DNA of 64,000 nt from NCBI GenBank assembly GCA_964464605.1, contig CAYXJN010000005.1, positions 248,001-312,000 on the forward strand, read 5' to 3'. Both the position numbers and the translations under genes were made by a program. This document shows positions 11,070-21,016 of the stretch, piece by piece. The DNA is from an uncultured Ignavibacteriales bacterium. Lineage in GTDB: Bacteria > Zixibacteria > MSB-5A5 > GN15 > FEB-12. Below the pieces are notes generated by a model. That model worked only from the letters and a program-made list of their open reading frames with translations, had not been told where the DNA came from and did no database searches. The first letter of the stretch is position 1. Every line of letters begins with the position of its first letter.

Positions 11070-11753
11070 ATGAAAGAAGTAAGTTTAGAAGCCCAGCCGC
11101 GGGAAGCGGGCGCCAAAGGTTTGGCGCGCCGTAATCGCATGGCCGGTCGCATCCCAGCCGTCATGTACGGCCCGGAAGTAAAGCCGGTATCGCTGATGGT
11201 GGATGAGCGCGCGCTGCGCAAAGCAGTCAAAGAAGCGCACGGTATGAATGCTATTTTTACGTTGAGCTTAAACGGTCAGCAGAACAAAACGATTATTCGT
11301 GACGTTCAGCGGCATCCTATTTCAAGCAGCATTCTGCATATTGATTTTCACGCGATTTCAATGACCAAGCCGCTTCATATCAAAGTGCCGATTCATTATG
11401 TCGGAACCTCGAAAGGCGTCAAAACCGACGGCGGTATTATGCAGACCGTTATGCGTGAAATCGAAATTTCATGCTTACCGGCGGCGATTCCGGAATTTGT
11501 CGAAGTCGATGTTACCGAGCTCGGCATTGGTGATTCCATCCACGTTCGTGATATCAACATCCCAAATGCAACCTTGCTGGCCGATCCGGGACAGACTGTT
11601 GTCGTGGTAGTTGCTCCGACTGTAATCAAAGTCGAGACTCCAGTTGCGGCCGATGCTGCCGCTGCCGCTGCTCCGGCTGCGGGCGCTCCTGCCGCACCGG
11701 GTGCACCTGCTGCACCTGCTGCCGGTGGCGACAAGAAGCCCGAAAAGAAATAA
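11070..11753 (+). CDS. rplY: 50S ribosomal protein L25/Ctc (long form) with Ala/Pro-rich tail
   Basis: GRIPAVMYG, VQRHP, HIDF and GDSIHVRD motifs; follows prs. Confidence 0.95.
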   Translation: MKEVSLEAQPREAGAKGLARRNRMAGRIPAVMYGPEVKPVSLMVDERALRKAVKEAHGMNAIFTLSLNGQQNKTIIRDVQRHPISSSILHIDFHAISMTKPLHIKVPIHYVGTSKGVKTDGGIMQTVMREIEISCLPAAIPEFVEVDVTELGIGDSIHVRDINIPNATLLADPGQTVVVVVAPTVIKVETPVAADAAAAAAPAAGAPAAPGAPAAPAAGGDKKPEKK

Positions 11754-11774
11754 TTTCGGTTGTTCTGAAATACC

Positions 11775-11805
11775 AAGACCGTCGCACTCGCGGCGGTCTT
11801 TTTTT
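11775..11805 (+). terminator. Intrinsic terminator after rplY (between convergent rplY and priA)
   Basis: Hairpin AAGACCGTCGC-ACTC-GCGGCGGTCTT followed by a T tract. Confidence 0.85.
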
Positions 11806-11815
11806 ATGCATGGAA

Positions 11816-14020
11816 TTACATCATGTCGTCGGGATCGACATCGACAACGATTTTCACCGAAGATGGCATCCCAAAACGGGGAACGCTTGCTTCCCAATCA
11901 GTCAGCATCTGCGTAAACTTGGTAATCGCATTGGTTTTGATAAACAGATGCCGCCGGTATTCGGTTTTCAGTCGATAGAGCGGGCAGGGAACAGGTCCGA
12001 GTATCTGCGTGGACACATTACTTTTTTTTATTCGCTCTTCGAGCGCGATGCGAAAATCTACAATCGCGCTGTTCACTTTATCTTCAGCCCGTCCGGAAAT
12101 AATAAAGTTAACGAGCCGTGAAAACGGGGGATATCCGAGCGCTTTACGGGTCTGTAATTCCTGATCAAAAAACGTGTCGTATTGCTGCTTGGCTGCGAGC
12201 ATGATAACCGGATGTTCCGGGTACCAGGTTTGAATAAAAACGGTTCCCGGTTTGCTGGCCCGGCCGGAACGTCCGGCGACCTGCAATAAGCGGGCGAATG
12301 TTTTTTCTGATGAACGAAAATCGGGTAAATCCAAGTTCGCATCCGCTGAAAGCACGCCGACGAGGGTAACATCCGGCAAATCGAGCCCTTTGGTTACCAT
12401 CTGTGTTCCCAAAAGAATGTTGTGCTTGCGCGCGGCAAAATCACGAAGCAGTACGTAGGCATGTTTGCGTCCGCTTGCAGAGTCGGAATCGAATCGCGCG
12501 ATTTTTGCATCGGCAATAAGTGAGTCTACCGCCTCTTCCGCTTTTTGCGTTCCTGCGCCGGTGTGTGAAAACTCACGACCGTGACAGGAGGGGCATTCAT
12601 TGTAGACTTTTTCTTTGTAGCCGCAGTAATGACATTGCAGGCTGTTGCCGGATTTATGGTAGGTCAGCGTTACTTCGCACCGTTTGCAGCGGGGTGTGTA
12701 GCCGCAGTCGGCGCATTTAAGCTGCGGTGAATAGCCACGGCGATTAAGAAAAAGAATAACTTGCTCATCTGATTGCAAACATCGCTCGATCTCCCGTTTA
12801 AGCGGGAAAGAGAGAAACAGCAGATGTCTGCCCAGCCGGTTCGTTTTCATGTCGATAATTTTTATTACCGGAAGGGTGCGCTCTTTCGGGCGTTTGGTGA
12901 GTTCAAGCAGTTCATACCGTCCGGTTTTCGCATGCTGATATGATTCTAAGGACGGCGAAGCCGACCCCAATAGCACCGGAACATTGCAAATCTTTCCGCG
13001 CATTATAGCGGCGTCACGGCCGTTGAATCGAGGAGAAGGATCATGCTGTTTGTAGCTGCTGTCATGCTCCTCATCTACGATTATTAGTCCCGGATTTACA
13101 AGCGGCGCGAAAAGCGCAGAGCGCGGGCCGATAACGATGCGGAATTTTCCGGACTTAACTCCCTGCCAGCTTTCCCGTCGTTCACGCATGCTCATTGCCG
13201 AGTGCAGCACCGTGACGGCATCACCAAAAAATCCGCGGAAATAACTAAGTGTTGTACCGGCCAACGCGATTTCGGGTGTGAGTACCAAGACATTTTTCCC
13301 TTGTTCCAGCAGTTTTTGGCAAAGTAAGCAATAGACTAATGTTTTTCCGGATCCGGTTACGCCATGTAGTAGAAATGTTTTGAAACCGCCGCCGAATGAT
13401 TCAATAATCCGTTCGATTGCCTGCCGTTGTTCATCGGAAGGTGAGAGTGTCGTGACATCGGAACGGGGGGTAATAAAATCGAGAATATCTTTTTCTGTTT
13501 TTTGTATGCGGACTTTTTGTTCATCCCATTCTTCACGGATGAATCCTCCGGTGAGCAGTTTCTTGAATTCCTGCTTTCCGATTTTGTTGATTTTAGTGAT
13601 AGTTAGAGGTGAAAGCTTTTTCCCGGGTTTACAGAGCGCGGCGATAGTCTCGTTTGTATGTGGTACCGGTATATCATTCCATATGAATATGCGTTTAGCG
13701 CTTTCCGCATCCGCCGAATGCAGCGCCAATGACAGACAATCAGCCGGATTGGCGAAATAATAGGATGCCATCCAGATACAAAGCTTGAAGAGATCCGGCT
13801 GGATAAGACTGGTATCGTCCAGTTTCTGCTGAATCCTTTTGAGTTCAATACCCGGTTGCGCGGTGCCAACGCCAAGGTAATAGCCGGTCGTGCGCTGTCG
13901 GCCGAAGGGAACCAGTACCCGTTGTCCCGGCTGTAATGTGTCCATGCTTGGTGGAATGCTGTATGAAAATGTTCTCCTGAGCGGGCCGCTGACCGCGATT
14001 TCGGCTATCTGTTCCGGCAT
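11816..14020 (-). CDS. priA: Primosomal protein N' helicase
   Basis: VPFG, GVTGSGKT, DEEH, four CxxC pairs, GTQMVTKGLD, QVAGRSGR and terminal DVDP. Confidence 0.96.
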   Translation of the reverse strand: MPEQIAEIAVSGPLRRTFSYSIPPSMDTLQPGQRVLVPFGRQRTTGYYLGVGTAQPGIELKRIQQKLDDTSLIQPDLFKLCIWMASYYFANPADCLSLALHSADAESAKRIFIWNDIPVPHTNETIAALCKPGKKLSPLTITKINKIGKQEFKKLLTGGFIREEWDEQKVRIQKTEKDILDFITPRSDVTTLSPSDEQRQAIERIIESFGGGFKTFLLHGVTGSGKTLVYCLLCQKLLEQGKNVLVLTPEIALAGTTLSYFRGFFGDAVTVLHSAMSMRERRESWQGVKSGKFRIVIGPRSALFAPLVNPGLIIVDEEHDSSYKQHDPSPRFNGRDAAIMRGKICNVPVLLGSASPSLESYQHAKTGRYELLELTKRPKERTLPVIKIIDMKTNRLGRHLLFLSFPLKREIERCLQSDEQVILFLNRRGYSPQLKCADCGYTPRCKRCEVTLTYHKSGNSLQCHYCGYKEKVYNECPSCHGREFSHTGAGTQKAEEAVDSLIADAKIARFDSDSASGRKHAYVLLRDFAARKHNILLGTQMVTKGLDLPDVTLVGVLSADANLDLPDFRSSEKTFARLLQVAGRSGRASKPGTVFIQTWYPEHPVIMLAAKQQYDTFFDQELQTRKALGYPPFSRLVNFIISGRAEDKVNSAIVDFRIALEERIKKSNVSTQILGPVPCPLYRLKTEYRRHLFIKTNAITKFTQMLTDWEASVPRFGMPSSVKIVVDVDPDDMM

Positions 14021-14034
14021 TGCGTCAATGTGCT

Positions 14035-14073
14035 AAAGAAAGAGGCGGTTGGAAAGTCCCAACCGCCTCTTTC
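14035..14073 (-). terminator. Intrinsic terminator downstream of TPR gene
   Basis: 15-bp perfect inverted repeat GAAAGAGGCGGTTGG/CCAACCGCCTCTTTC. Confidence 0.75.
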
Positions 14074-14106
14074 GGCAAATATGTGAAACCGGCTATCCGG
14101 TTATGG

Positions 14107-15486
14107 TCATAATGATGCGGCAGCCTTTTCTGCTTCGGCTGCTTTCGCAGTGTTGCCGAGTTCTTTATGTAAGAATGCCAACCGTTCCCAAACTGCTTTA
14201 TCTTTCGGATCAAGTTCGACAACTTTGGTGTATGCTGCAGCCGCTTTATCGAATTGCTTTTGGTTAAAGCGAACATCACCAAGCTGTGACCAGTGATCCT
14301 TGATGGACGGTTCAAGCTCGGTCAATGTCGTAAACGCGCGGGCAGCTTCATCATACTTTTCGCGCACGGCGCAGACGACAGCGTACAAGCCGATATTGTC
14401 GACATCATCCGGCTTAAGTTCGTATACTTTCTTCAAATACACGCCAGCCGAATCGAAGGCTGCTTTTCGCTTTTCATCCCAGGTTTTGTATGCGTCTGCA
14501 TGACTTGCTTCGCTGGCCGCTTTAGCAGAGTCACCGGCTACACGGGCAAGACCGAACCAATGGCGGCCGAGGCTTGACCAGGCATCCAAATATGTTGAAT
14601 CAATGGTCAGTATCCGTCCGTACAAAGCGACCGCGGAATCCGGTTTTTCACAGCGGTTGTAGCAAATCGAAAGATTATACATAGTGCCGACATCAGTCGG
14701 ATTTTTGTCAATATGTTCTTCCAAGAACGGAACAGCATCGCAATACTTATCGAGGTTGATATACCCATACGCAACCGGCAAGAGCAATTCAGTGCGGTCC
14801 TTTGCGCGGTCGAGTCCTTTCCGTTTCCATTCGAGTGCTTTTTCAAGTTCTTTCTTTTTATCCAGCACATTGCCGATACCGACATAGGTTCGAAAATCAG
14901 CAGGGTTGATGGCGATGGCCAGCTCGAAGAAGCCGATAGCCGTATCATTCTTCGCGGCAATATTCTGGGTGAGAAAACTGGTGATCGATGTATCTGTGGC
15001 CGCGGCTAATTCTTTTTCCAAATCAAGGGCACTGTTCATTTGATCGACACCGGCGTTGTAAAACTGTCCCCAGTATCTTTCACGTAAATCTTGTGTTTCT
15101 TTGAGAAACTTATCGCAGTCCTTTTTGAATTTGGCATCTACCGCATCACTTTCGCAGCACATTTTCAGCGAATCAAAATAGGCTGCCATCTTTTTTGCCT
15201 GCATTGCTTTTTGTTCAGGGCCGTTGGCCTTTTCCATTTGATCGAGCATGATTTTGCTCATCCAGTACAAGCCTTCGGCATGTGGGCCGTAGTGCATGAA
15301 CAAAGAGTCGAGCATGGCGATAGCGGTTACATACCGTTCCGGATCGTCACCGCCCGCGATAATTTCGATTTTTGCGGATTTAATATAAGCGCTTACCGGC
15401 AGTTTCCGCCCTTGTGCTTGGGACGGCTCAACGGCAAGCAAACAAAACATCAGGACAAACGAGGCACACAACATCAGCGATCTCAA
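14107..15486 (-). CDS. Exported tetratricopeptide repeat protein
   Basis: Signal peptide (MRSLMLCASFVLMFCLLAVEPSQA) and multiple TPR helices (YNLSICY, WSSLG, WSQLG, WERLA). Confidence 0.85.
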   Translation of the reverse strand: MRSLMLCASFVLMFCLLAVEPSQAQGRKLPVSAYIKSAKIEIIAGGDDPERYVTAIAMLDSLFMHYGPHAEGLYWMSKIMLDQMEKANGPEQKAMQAKKMAAYFDSLKMCCESDAVDAKFKKDCDKFLKETQDLRERYWGQFYNAGVDQMNSALDLEKELAAATDTSITSFLTQNIAAKNDTAIGFFELAIAINPADFRTYVGIGNVLDKKKELEKALEWKRKGLDRAKDRTELLLPVAYGYINLDKYCDAVPFLEEHIDKNPTDVGTMYNLSICYNRCEKPDSAVALYGRILTIDSTYLDAWSSLGRHWFGLARVAGDSAKAASEASHADAYKTWDEKRKAAFDSAGVYLKKVYELKPDDVDNIGLYAVVCAVREKYDEAARAFTTLTELEPSIKDHWSQLGDVRFNQKQFDKAAAAYTKVVELDPKDKAVWERLAFLHKELGNTAKAAEAEKAAASL

Positions 15487-15562
15487 TTCAACCTCCAGTT
15501 GAATGGTTGTTCAATTCCATCTAACGATAATCTATGCTGGCAAACGGGCACTGTCAACGTAC

Positions 15563-16906
15563 TCACTTCCAGCTAAACCGTACTTTATACGTTACTTTGG
15601 TCGTGTCGGATGCTTTCACCGGGACGTCGAATTGAATACGCTGGGCATCCAGTTTTTTGTATGGAACACTCGAAGACATCACTTCCCAGAATCCCCACAA
15701 CTGTTTTTCGACGGAGACAGTGACCGCTTCTTTTTTCCGGTTGCGGATTTCAACTTCAAATTCACGCTCTTCGACCCGCTGTGATATTTGCGCTTGATTA
15801 GTCATCTTTTCTTCAGCGACGATATCGAACGCATTGCCGATTTTGAGTTTTACCTCTTCATCTTTCGGCGTGTGTTTAATCAAGTCTTCACCAAGTAAGA
15901 TCAAGCCGCCGTCGGTATCAGCTTTGAACAAGCGGACACGGCCGGCAGGAAGCGGCATACCCAGTCCGGATTTGGACGCGTTAGTGAATTTGACGGCGAC
16001 TTGCACCGCGGAAGCATCGACATCCGGTTGGAACACGTACACTTTATTTACCGAGGTACTCGCCGGGTCAAACAGGCTTATCTGTTTGCTTTCGTTGTTG
16101 GCGATAGTCGCTTTGCGCGGAAGCGTATATAAATGGTACTCAAAAAATTCTTTTTGCTCGAATGATTCGGCGGTCGCCATGCCGTCCATTGCGACCATCG
16201 ATTTTTCATAAGTACGCGGCGGACGGGTTGCGCGGTTGATGTCCCCGACAATCAGCTTGAGTGTGGCGTCGGTGTATGTTTTTCCTGAAAAATTGTTGAT
16301 AGCCGACCAACCGGACAGATTGAGCTGCTTTTCACTGTTATCGAGCACTCCGACATACTCGGCAGTCCAGCCTAAGCCACTGGTCTGATAGGAGACTTTC
16401 GCCTGTTTTGATCCTTCAATCGAGGAGTTGTATAGCCAGAATAAAGTCGGACGGGTAATCAGCCCTTCCGGTAGTTTGGGGAAAGAAAAATCGGCAATAT
16501 GTTCCGCGCGAACAACCCGCACCTGCCCGGATGCTTCAATCAATGTTGCTGTGCTGCCGTCATAGGCAGCGAGTGTTCCGGAATAGAGTTTCCCATTTTC
16601 ATCGATAATTTCGATCTGTTTGTCGATATAACGCCGCATCAACTGATCAGATGAAACCAAATCATAGGCATAGTTCTGTTCTAAAATATCAATGTCACCG
16701 GCGCCGGTTAAGGAAAACCGGACTGAGTTGGCATCGATAAGGGCGGGAACGTCGGTAAAGGCGAGCCGGTTTGTCCCTTTTTTGAATGCCAATGAGCGGG
16801 TTTCACTGATAACGCCCAGATTGTTGTTGTATACCGTTACCGAAATGTCATCAGCGACTGCTGCGGCTGAGAGCATCAGGGTGGCAAAAGCGGCGCGTAA
16901 AAACAT
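15563..16906 (-). CDS. DUF4139/DUF4140-type exported protein
   Basis: Start at ATG 16906 with a GGAGG RBS; signal peptide; SVTVYNNNLG, EQNY, RPTLFW, WTAEY, YHLY and PLPAGRVRLF motifs. Confidence 0.8.
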   Translation of the reverse strand: MFLRAAFATLMLSAAAVADDISVTVYNNNLGVISETRSLAFKKGTNRLAFTDVPALIDANSVRFSLTGAGDIDILEQNYAYDLVSSDQLMRRYIDKQIEIIDENGKLYSGTLAAYDGSTATLIEASGQVRVVRAEHIADFSFPKLPEGLITRPTLFWLYNSSIEGSKQAKVSYQTSGLGWTAEYVGVLDNSEKQLNLSGWSAINNFSGKTYTDATLKLIVGDINRATRPPRTYEKSMVAMDGMATAESFEQKEFFEYHLYTLPRKATIANNESKQISLFDPASTSVNKVYVFQPDVDASAVQVAVKFTNASKSGLGMPLPAGRVRLFKADTDGGLILLGEDLIKHTPKDEEVKLKIGNAFDIVAEEKMTNQAQISQRVEEREFEVEIRNRKKEAVTVSVEKQLWGFWEVMSSSVPYKKLDAQRIQFDVPVKASDTTKVTYKVRFSWK

Positions 16907-17021
16907 ATTTATTCCTCCGTTGTTGTTATACACATGGCAGAGCCGGACGAAACTGCTCGATTCTATTCTGCTTTCCTGCAGGAAATACAAAGTATGGCGC
17001 GAAATCTTCCGGGAAAATGTT

Positions 17022-17966
17022 TTATTTCTGATTTGCCGCAAATCGTTGGTAGGCAACATCAATCCGGGTCTGGATATCAGCCGGAAGGACGGCTGTTTTG
17101 GCTTCGTCTAAATAGCCGTTCGTGGCGTCGATCCGTTCGAAGATTTGCAGATAAAGCTCATAGATAAGATTAAGGCTGAACTGATAGCGTGGAGCAAGCA
17201 GGGGGGAAGTCAGCGCGATTTGCACCCGGGCTTTTTGTCGGTAGTAGTCGGCGATTTGCACATACTCTATAATCAGATTTTTAAACGGTCCGCTGAATGC
17301 GGTTGCCGATGCCGCTTGCTGTAAATCATTAGCATTGACGTTATGCTTTTGAATCAAGTCTGATGATATATACACTAAGTTTTGATGGTGGTCTTTTGAA
17401 AAATCTCTTAAGATATGCACTAAATATGAAAAAATCGCCAATGCGCGGGCGGCGTTTCGGATATCATACTCAGGTTTGCAGTATCCGGTTTCTGTTTCTT
17501 GTACACCTATCAGATGCATAAACACCGCAGCGGGAGCAATAGCCGCACCTTCGCAATATCGAAGAAACTGCAGAAACGTCGGAAAACGGTCATGTTTGAG
17601 GTCATACTTCATTGCCGTTGCCAGCCGCTCCCATGGCCACAGCGGGAGATTGAAACGGGTGATAACATTCAATAAATCCGCGGTGAATTTGTCGTCCGCT
17701 TCTTTTCGTTTCAGTTTCAACACGAAGTCATCGATCAAAAACGAAAACTGCAATGCTTCCGCCTCAGTAATCGGTGTGCCGTTTCCTTTACGATGATCAA
17801 CCAGATTATCAAGTATTCGCATCGAACGATAGCACACCTGAAACGCGGCGTAGCGTTCCGGTTCACACGCGCGGGCGGCAATATCTAAGATCGGGTTGGT
17901 AAGAATTTGGGAAAAATCGACATCACGAAGAAAATCGATTCGCTCCGTCGATTTGCTCATGGTCAT
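17022..17966 (-). CDS. Squalene/phytoene synthase family protein
   Basis: Asp-rich motifs RILDNLVD and HILRDFSKD; AMKYDL...F.TF..YC pattern. Confidence 0.85.
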   Translation of the reverse strand: MTMSKSTERIDFLRDVDFSQILTNPILDIAARACEPERYAAFQVCYRSMRILDNLVDHRKGNGTPITEAEALQFSFLIDDFVLKLKRKEADDKFTADLLNVITRFNLPLWPWERLATAMKYDLKHDRFPTFLQFLRYCEGAAIAPAAVFMHLIGVQETETGYCKPEYDIRNAARALAIFSYLVHILRDFSKDHHQNLVYISSDLIQKHNVNANDLQQAASATAFSGPFKNLIIEYVQIADYYRQKARVQIALTSPLLAPRYQFSLNLIYELYLQIFERIDATNGYLDEAKTAVLPADIQTRIDVAYQRFAANQK

Positions 17967-18808
17967 TTAACAGCCGGGCCGGGTGTTTTTGCGCTTTTGT
18001 AACTGCCGAGTACGCGAATGAACTGAGTCAACTCACGCAGATGTTCCAGTGCGTGCTGTACCCGCGCCTCTTTTTGTGAACCGACAAAATCGAGATAAAA
18101 ATAATACTCCCATGCCCGTTTCGGAACCGGGCGGGATTCGATTTTGGTCAGGTCAATATCCCGAAGCGCAAAGACAGAAAGCATCTTGAACAAAATCCCC
18201 GGTTCATTCTTGACGGCAAACACGATTGACGTTTTTGTTTTTCCGCTTGGCAGAGACGGCTTTTTGCTCAATAGCAAAAAGCGGGTGTAGTTATTCGGGG
18301 AATCTTCAAGTGATTTACGCAGAATAGAAAGCCCATACAATTTTGCGGCATGTGGCCCGGCGATAGCGGCGGCATCATGCGGTTTTTTTTCGGCAATCAT
18401 CTTGATAGCGCCGGCGGTGTCGTAAAACGGCGTCGGCGTGATTTTTGAATGGTCCCGAAAGAAATCACGGCACTGTTCCAGCGCGGCCGGATGCGAAAAG
18501 ACGCGGCGAATGGCGCTAAACGGCGTTCCCTTTGCGGCAATGAGACAATGCTCTATGCGCACATAGGTTTCTTCTATGACGGACAGATTGTGCTCGACTA
18601 ATAAATCATAGTTTTGATGAATCGATCCGATAAGTGAATTTTCTATCGGGATAACGCCGTAATCGGCACGGCGTTTCGCGACGGCATCGAACAGTTTCGC
18701 GAATGTTTCGCAGGTAAGCAGCCGGGCATTACGTGAAAAGAATTTGCGCGTGGCCAGTTCCGAAAATGCTCCCCGTTCACCCTGAAATGCGACTGTATGA
18801 GTTTTCAT
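17963..18808 (-). CDS. pheA: Prephenate dehydratase (PDT + ACT)
   Basis: FQGERGAFS, PIENSLIG, SHPAALEQC, NYTRF and LTKIESRP motifs. Confidence 0.95.
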   Translation of the reverse strand: MKTHTVAFQGERGAFSELATRKFFSRNARLLTCETFAKLFDAVAKRRADYGVIPIENSLIGSIHQNYDLLVEHNLSVIEETYVRIEHCLIAAKGTPFSAIRRVFSHPAALEQCRDFFRDHSKITPTPFYDTAGAIKMIAEKKPHDAAAIAGPHAAKLYGLSILRKSLEDSPNNYTRFLLLSKKPSLPSGKTKTSIVFAVKNEPGILFKMLSVFALRDIDLTKIESRPVPKRAWEYYFYLDFVGSQKEARVQHALEHLRELTQFIRVLGSYKSAKTPGPAVK

Positions 18809-18814
18809 GATCGG

Positions 18815-19195
18815 TTAAAACTGTCCTGTGCGAAGCATAACCAAGGTACATTCTTCAAGTACTTCAATACCCGCGCTTCTGAGCTGGTCGGCCAGTTTTG
18901 CATTTTCAGAACCGGGATTAAATATGACCCGGCGCGGGTTTAAGCGGAGAATCCGGTCTACTTCTTTATCCGAAATATCAGCATTTACATACATGGTCAA
19001 CGTGTCTATCGAATCCGAAACATCATCCAGAGTTTTTACACCCGGAATGTTAAACACGCTGTGTCCTGCCGGATGCACCGGGATGGCAGTGTGTCCATGT
19101 TCGGTTAACATTTTCACTGCCTTAAACGAAAAGCGGTCTTCTTTGGGCGATGCGCCCAGCACCGCTACGCGTGAATGCGGGTTTGCCTTAGTCAT
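18815..19195 (-). CDS. CoA-binding domain protein (YccU-like)
   Basis: VAVLGASPKEDR, FNPGSEN and ECTLVML motifs. Confidence 0.9.
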   Translation of the reverse strand: MTKANPHSRVAVLGASPKEDRFSFKAVKMLTEHGHTAIPVHPAGHSVFNIPGVKTLDDVSDSIDTLTMYVNADISDKEVDRILRLNPRRVIFNPGSENAKLADQLRSAGIEVLEECTLVMLRTGQF

Positions 19196-19974
19196 ACGAT
19201 TGGAAAAATCCCCTGTGGGTCGAATTTGTTCCGGATTTTTCGGGAGTAGGAAGCATCGACGGTTGTGTCCGCTTCATCCAACACCGATAGAATCGAGCGG
19301 CGGTTGATTGCATCCAAGGTCATTGTCGCAAATTCATGTTTAGCTGTAAGCGGCATGATGCGGAAAGAGGCAGAGATTATCAATCCAAGCAATCCCCATG
19401 AATTCCAGAAAAGTTTAACGATATCATATCCTGAAACCGATTTGAAGCAGACAGAACCGGGCGTGATTATCTCCCCTTCCGGTGTCACGACCTCTGCCTT
19501 GACTAAGTATTTTTTAAGCGGCACTTTGTGCTGTCCCAGAGTCGCGTTTAATCCCGCGGCGATAGCGCCGCCGACCGAGCCGACATACGGTAAATCCGAA
19601 TGCGGCAAAAACAGTTTGGCGATATTGAATTCATCTTTGCCGTAATCGAACTGCTCAAGCTCGACATTGATTTCACGCAGCGGAAACCCGGAGCCGACGG
19701 TTATGAATAAGTCGGGCGGATTGATTTCCAACACGTCATTAAGTCGGTCGGTGCGGACAGTAATCATCTCCGTGAACGGGCTGCCCAACGGGTCGATATT
19801 GTTGCCGAACCCGGTAATGTAGAGCGGCTGTTTTTGTTTGTTGGCGAGCTTGAACAGCTTGGCAGCTTCCTGGGCAGATTGCGGATGAAAGGTAGCAATC
19901 GCTTTTTGGTAGGTCAGCCGGTCTTCCGGAAACTCGGACTGGATGACTGTAATAAACTGTTCGGGGCGTGACAT
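19192..19974 (-). CDS. FAD-binding PCMH-type protein (GlcE-like, short)
   Basis: GSVGGAIA, KSVSGYDIVKL and SWGLLGLI motifs; terminal KFDPQGIF. Confidence 0.75.
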   Translation of the reverse strand: MSRPEQFITVIQSEFPEDRLTYQKAIATFHPQSAQEAAKLFKLANKQKQPLYITGFGNNIDPLGSPFTEMITVRTDRLNDVLEINPPDLFITVGSGFPLREINVELEQFDYGKDEFNIAKLFLPHSDLPYVGSVGGAIAAGLNATLGQHKVPLKKYLVKAEVVTPEGEIITPGSVCFKSVSGYDIVKLFWNSWGLLGLIISASFRIMPLTAKHEFATMTLDAINRRSILSVLDEADTTVDASYSRKIRNKFDPQGIFPIV

Positions 19975-20131
19975 GAAGGAAAGATACGTTCAAAGCACGC
20001 GGTGTGAAAAGAGCAAAAAAAGAAGGCTTTTGGCTTATTCAAGGCTAAATATTTGGTATATTTGCTAGTTCTTGCATGTTATTTTTTAAATTCTTCAAAA
20101 AGGGTGAATACCAAGCTATATCAGTGAATTT

Positions 20132-20968
20132 TTATAGGTCATTGATAGAGCTGGTAGAGTATTTGAGGCTACTATTAATTTTTAAGAAAACTATCATTAT
20201 TCCTGTGAAAATCAATGATATGATTATTAGTATAACTCCCTTCAATGAAAAAAAAGACTTCAAGTATAGATTAAAAAAGGGTAAGGAGTCTATTTTTTGT
20301 GGTAGGTATGCTAATGGTAGAATCACGCCAATAAAAAACAATGCTAGTATCGACAAAATGGAAATATTTATCAGTTTACTGAATTCAGGATTTTTCTCAA
20401 TTTGATTTAAAAAGTGTTCTACGGTTCTTGCTTGCTTTTTAATTTCAATAGTCACTTGATCAATGTTTTCCCTTTCATCGTGTAGCGACTCTATACGACT
20501 TAGCTTATATTGTTCAACTATTGGATCAGGCCGCATCGGTATGATTGGCGGCGTCCAAGTTTCTCTTTCGTCAATAGCTCGGCTGCTCCTCTTTTCTTTT
20601 TTTATTGGAATACCTAAAGTGGCTATTCTTTGAGATATGTGTTCGCGTATGCTTGAAAAATCATCATAAGGTGAAAAATTAAGTTTCTTCAAATAGTGGT
20701 TTGGGTCAGGCGAATTAATTTCAAACAGACGATCATCTAAATCCTCCAATTCTCTGTCTCTTATCTGCTTATTATACCAATGAATGTATCGTGCTTCGAT
20801 CCGTTCGATGCAATGGTCACAGTCCAATCGAATAGTTTGAAGCATTGCGTGATTTTTTTTATACTCGGACTCATTACTTATAACTTTTGTGATTATAAAA
20901 GCAGATAAGATACCTACGATTGCAGCTGCCGACTGCGCTAACGAGCTAAAAAACCAATTCCAATCCAT
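20132..20968 (-). CDS. Hypothetical membrane protein (AT-rich; possibly C-terminally truncated)
   Basis: 278-aa ORF with one N-terminal and two C-terminal TM helices; the frame continues past the TAA to 20045. Confidence 0.7.
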   Translation of the reverse strand: MDWNWFFSSLAQSAAAIVGILSAFIITKVISNESEYKKNHAMLQTIRLDCDHCIERIEARYIHWYNKQIRDRELEDLDDRLFEINSPDPNHYLKKLNFSPYDDFSSIREHISQRIATLGIPIKKEKRSSRAIDERETWTPPIIPMRPDPIVEQYKLSRIESLHDERENIDQVTIEIKKQARTVEHFLNQIEKNPEFSKLINISILSILALFFIGVILPLAYLPQKIDSLPFFNLYLKSFFSLKGVILIIISLIFTGIMIVFLKINSSLKYSTSSINDL

Positions 20969-21016
20969 TAATGCCCCTTTTCTATTGACGTACCTTAATG
21001 TTCCTATATTGTCTTT

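Noticed and set aside
11640..11730. Low-complexity repeat at the end of rplY
   Set aside because: Ordinary Ala/Pro tail of long-form L25
16907..17062. Longer start for the DUF4139 ORF
   Set aside because: It overlaps the synthase gene; the RBS and signal peptide support 16906
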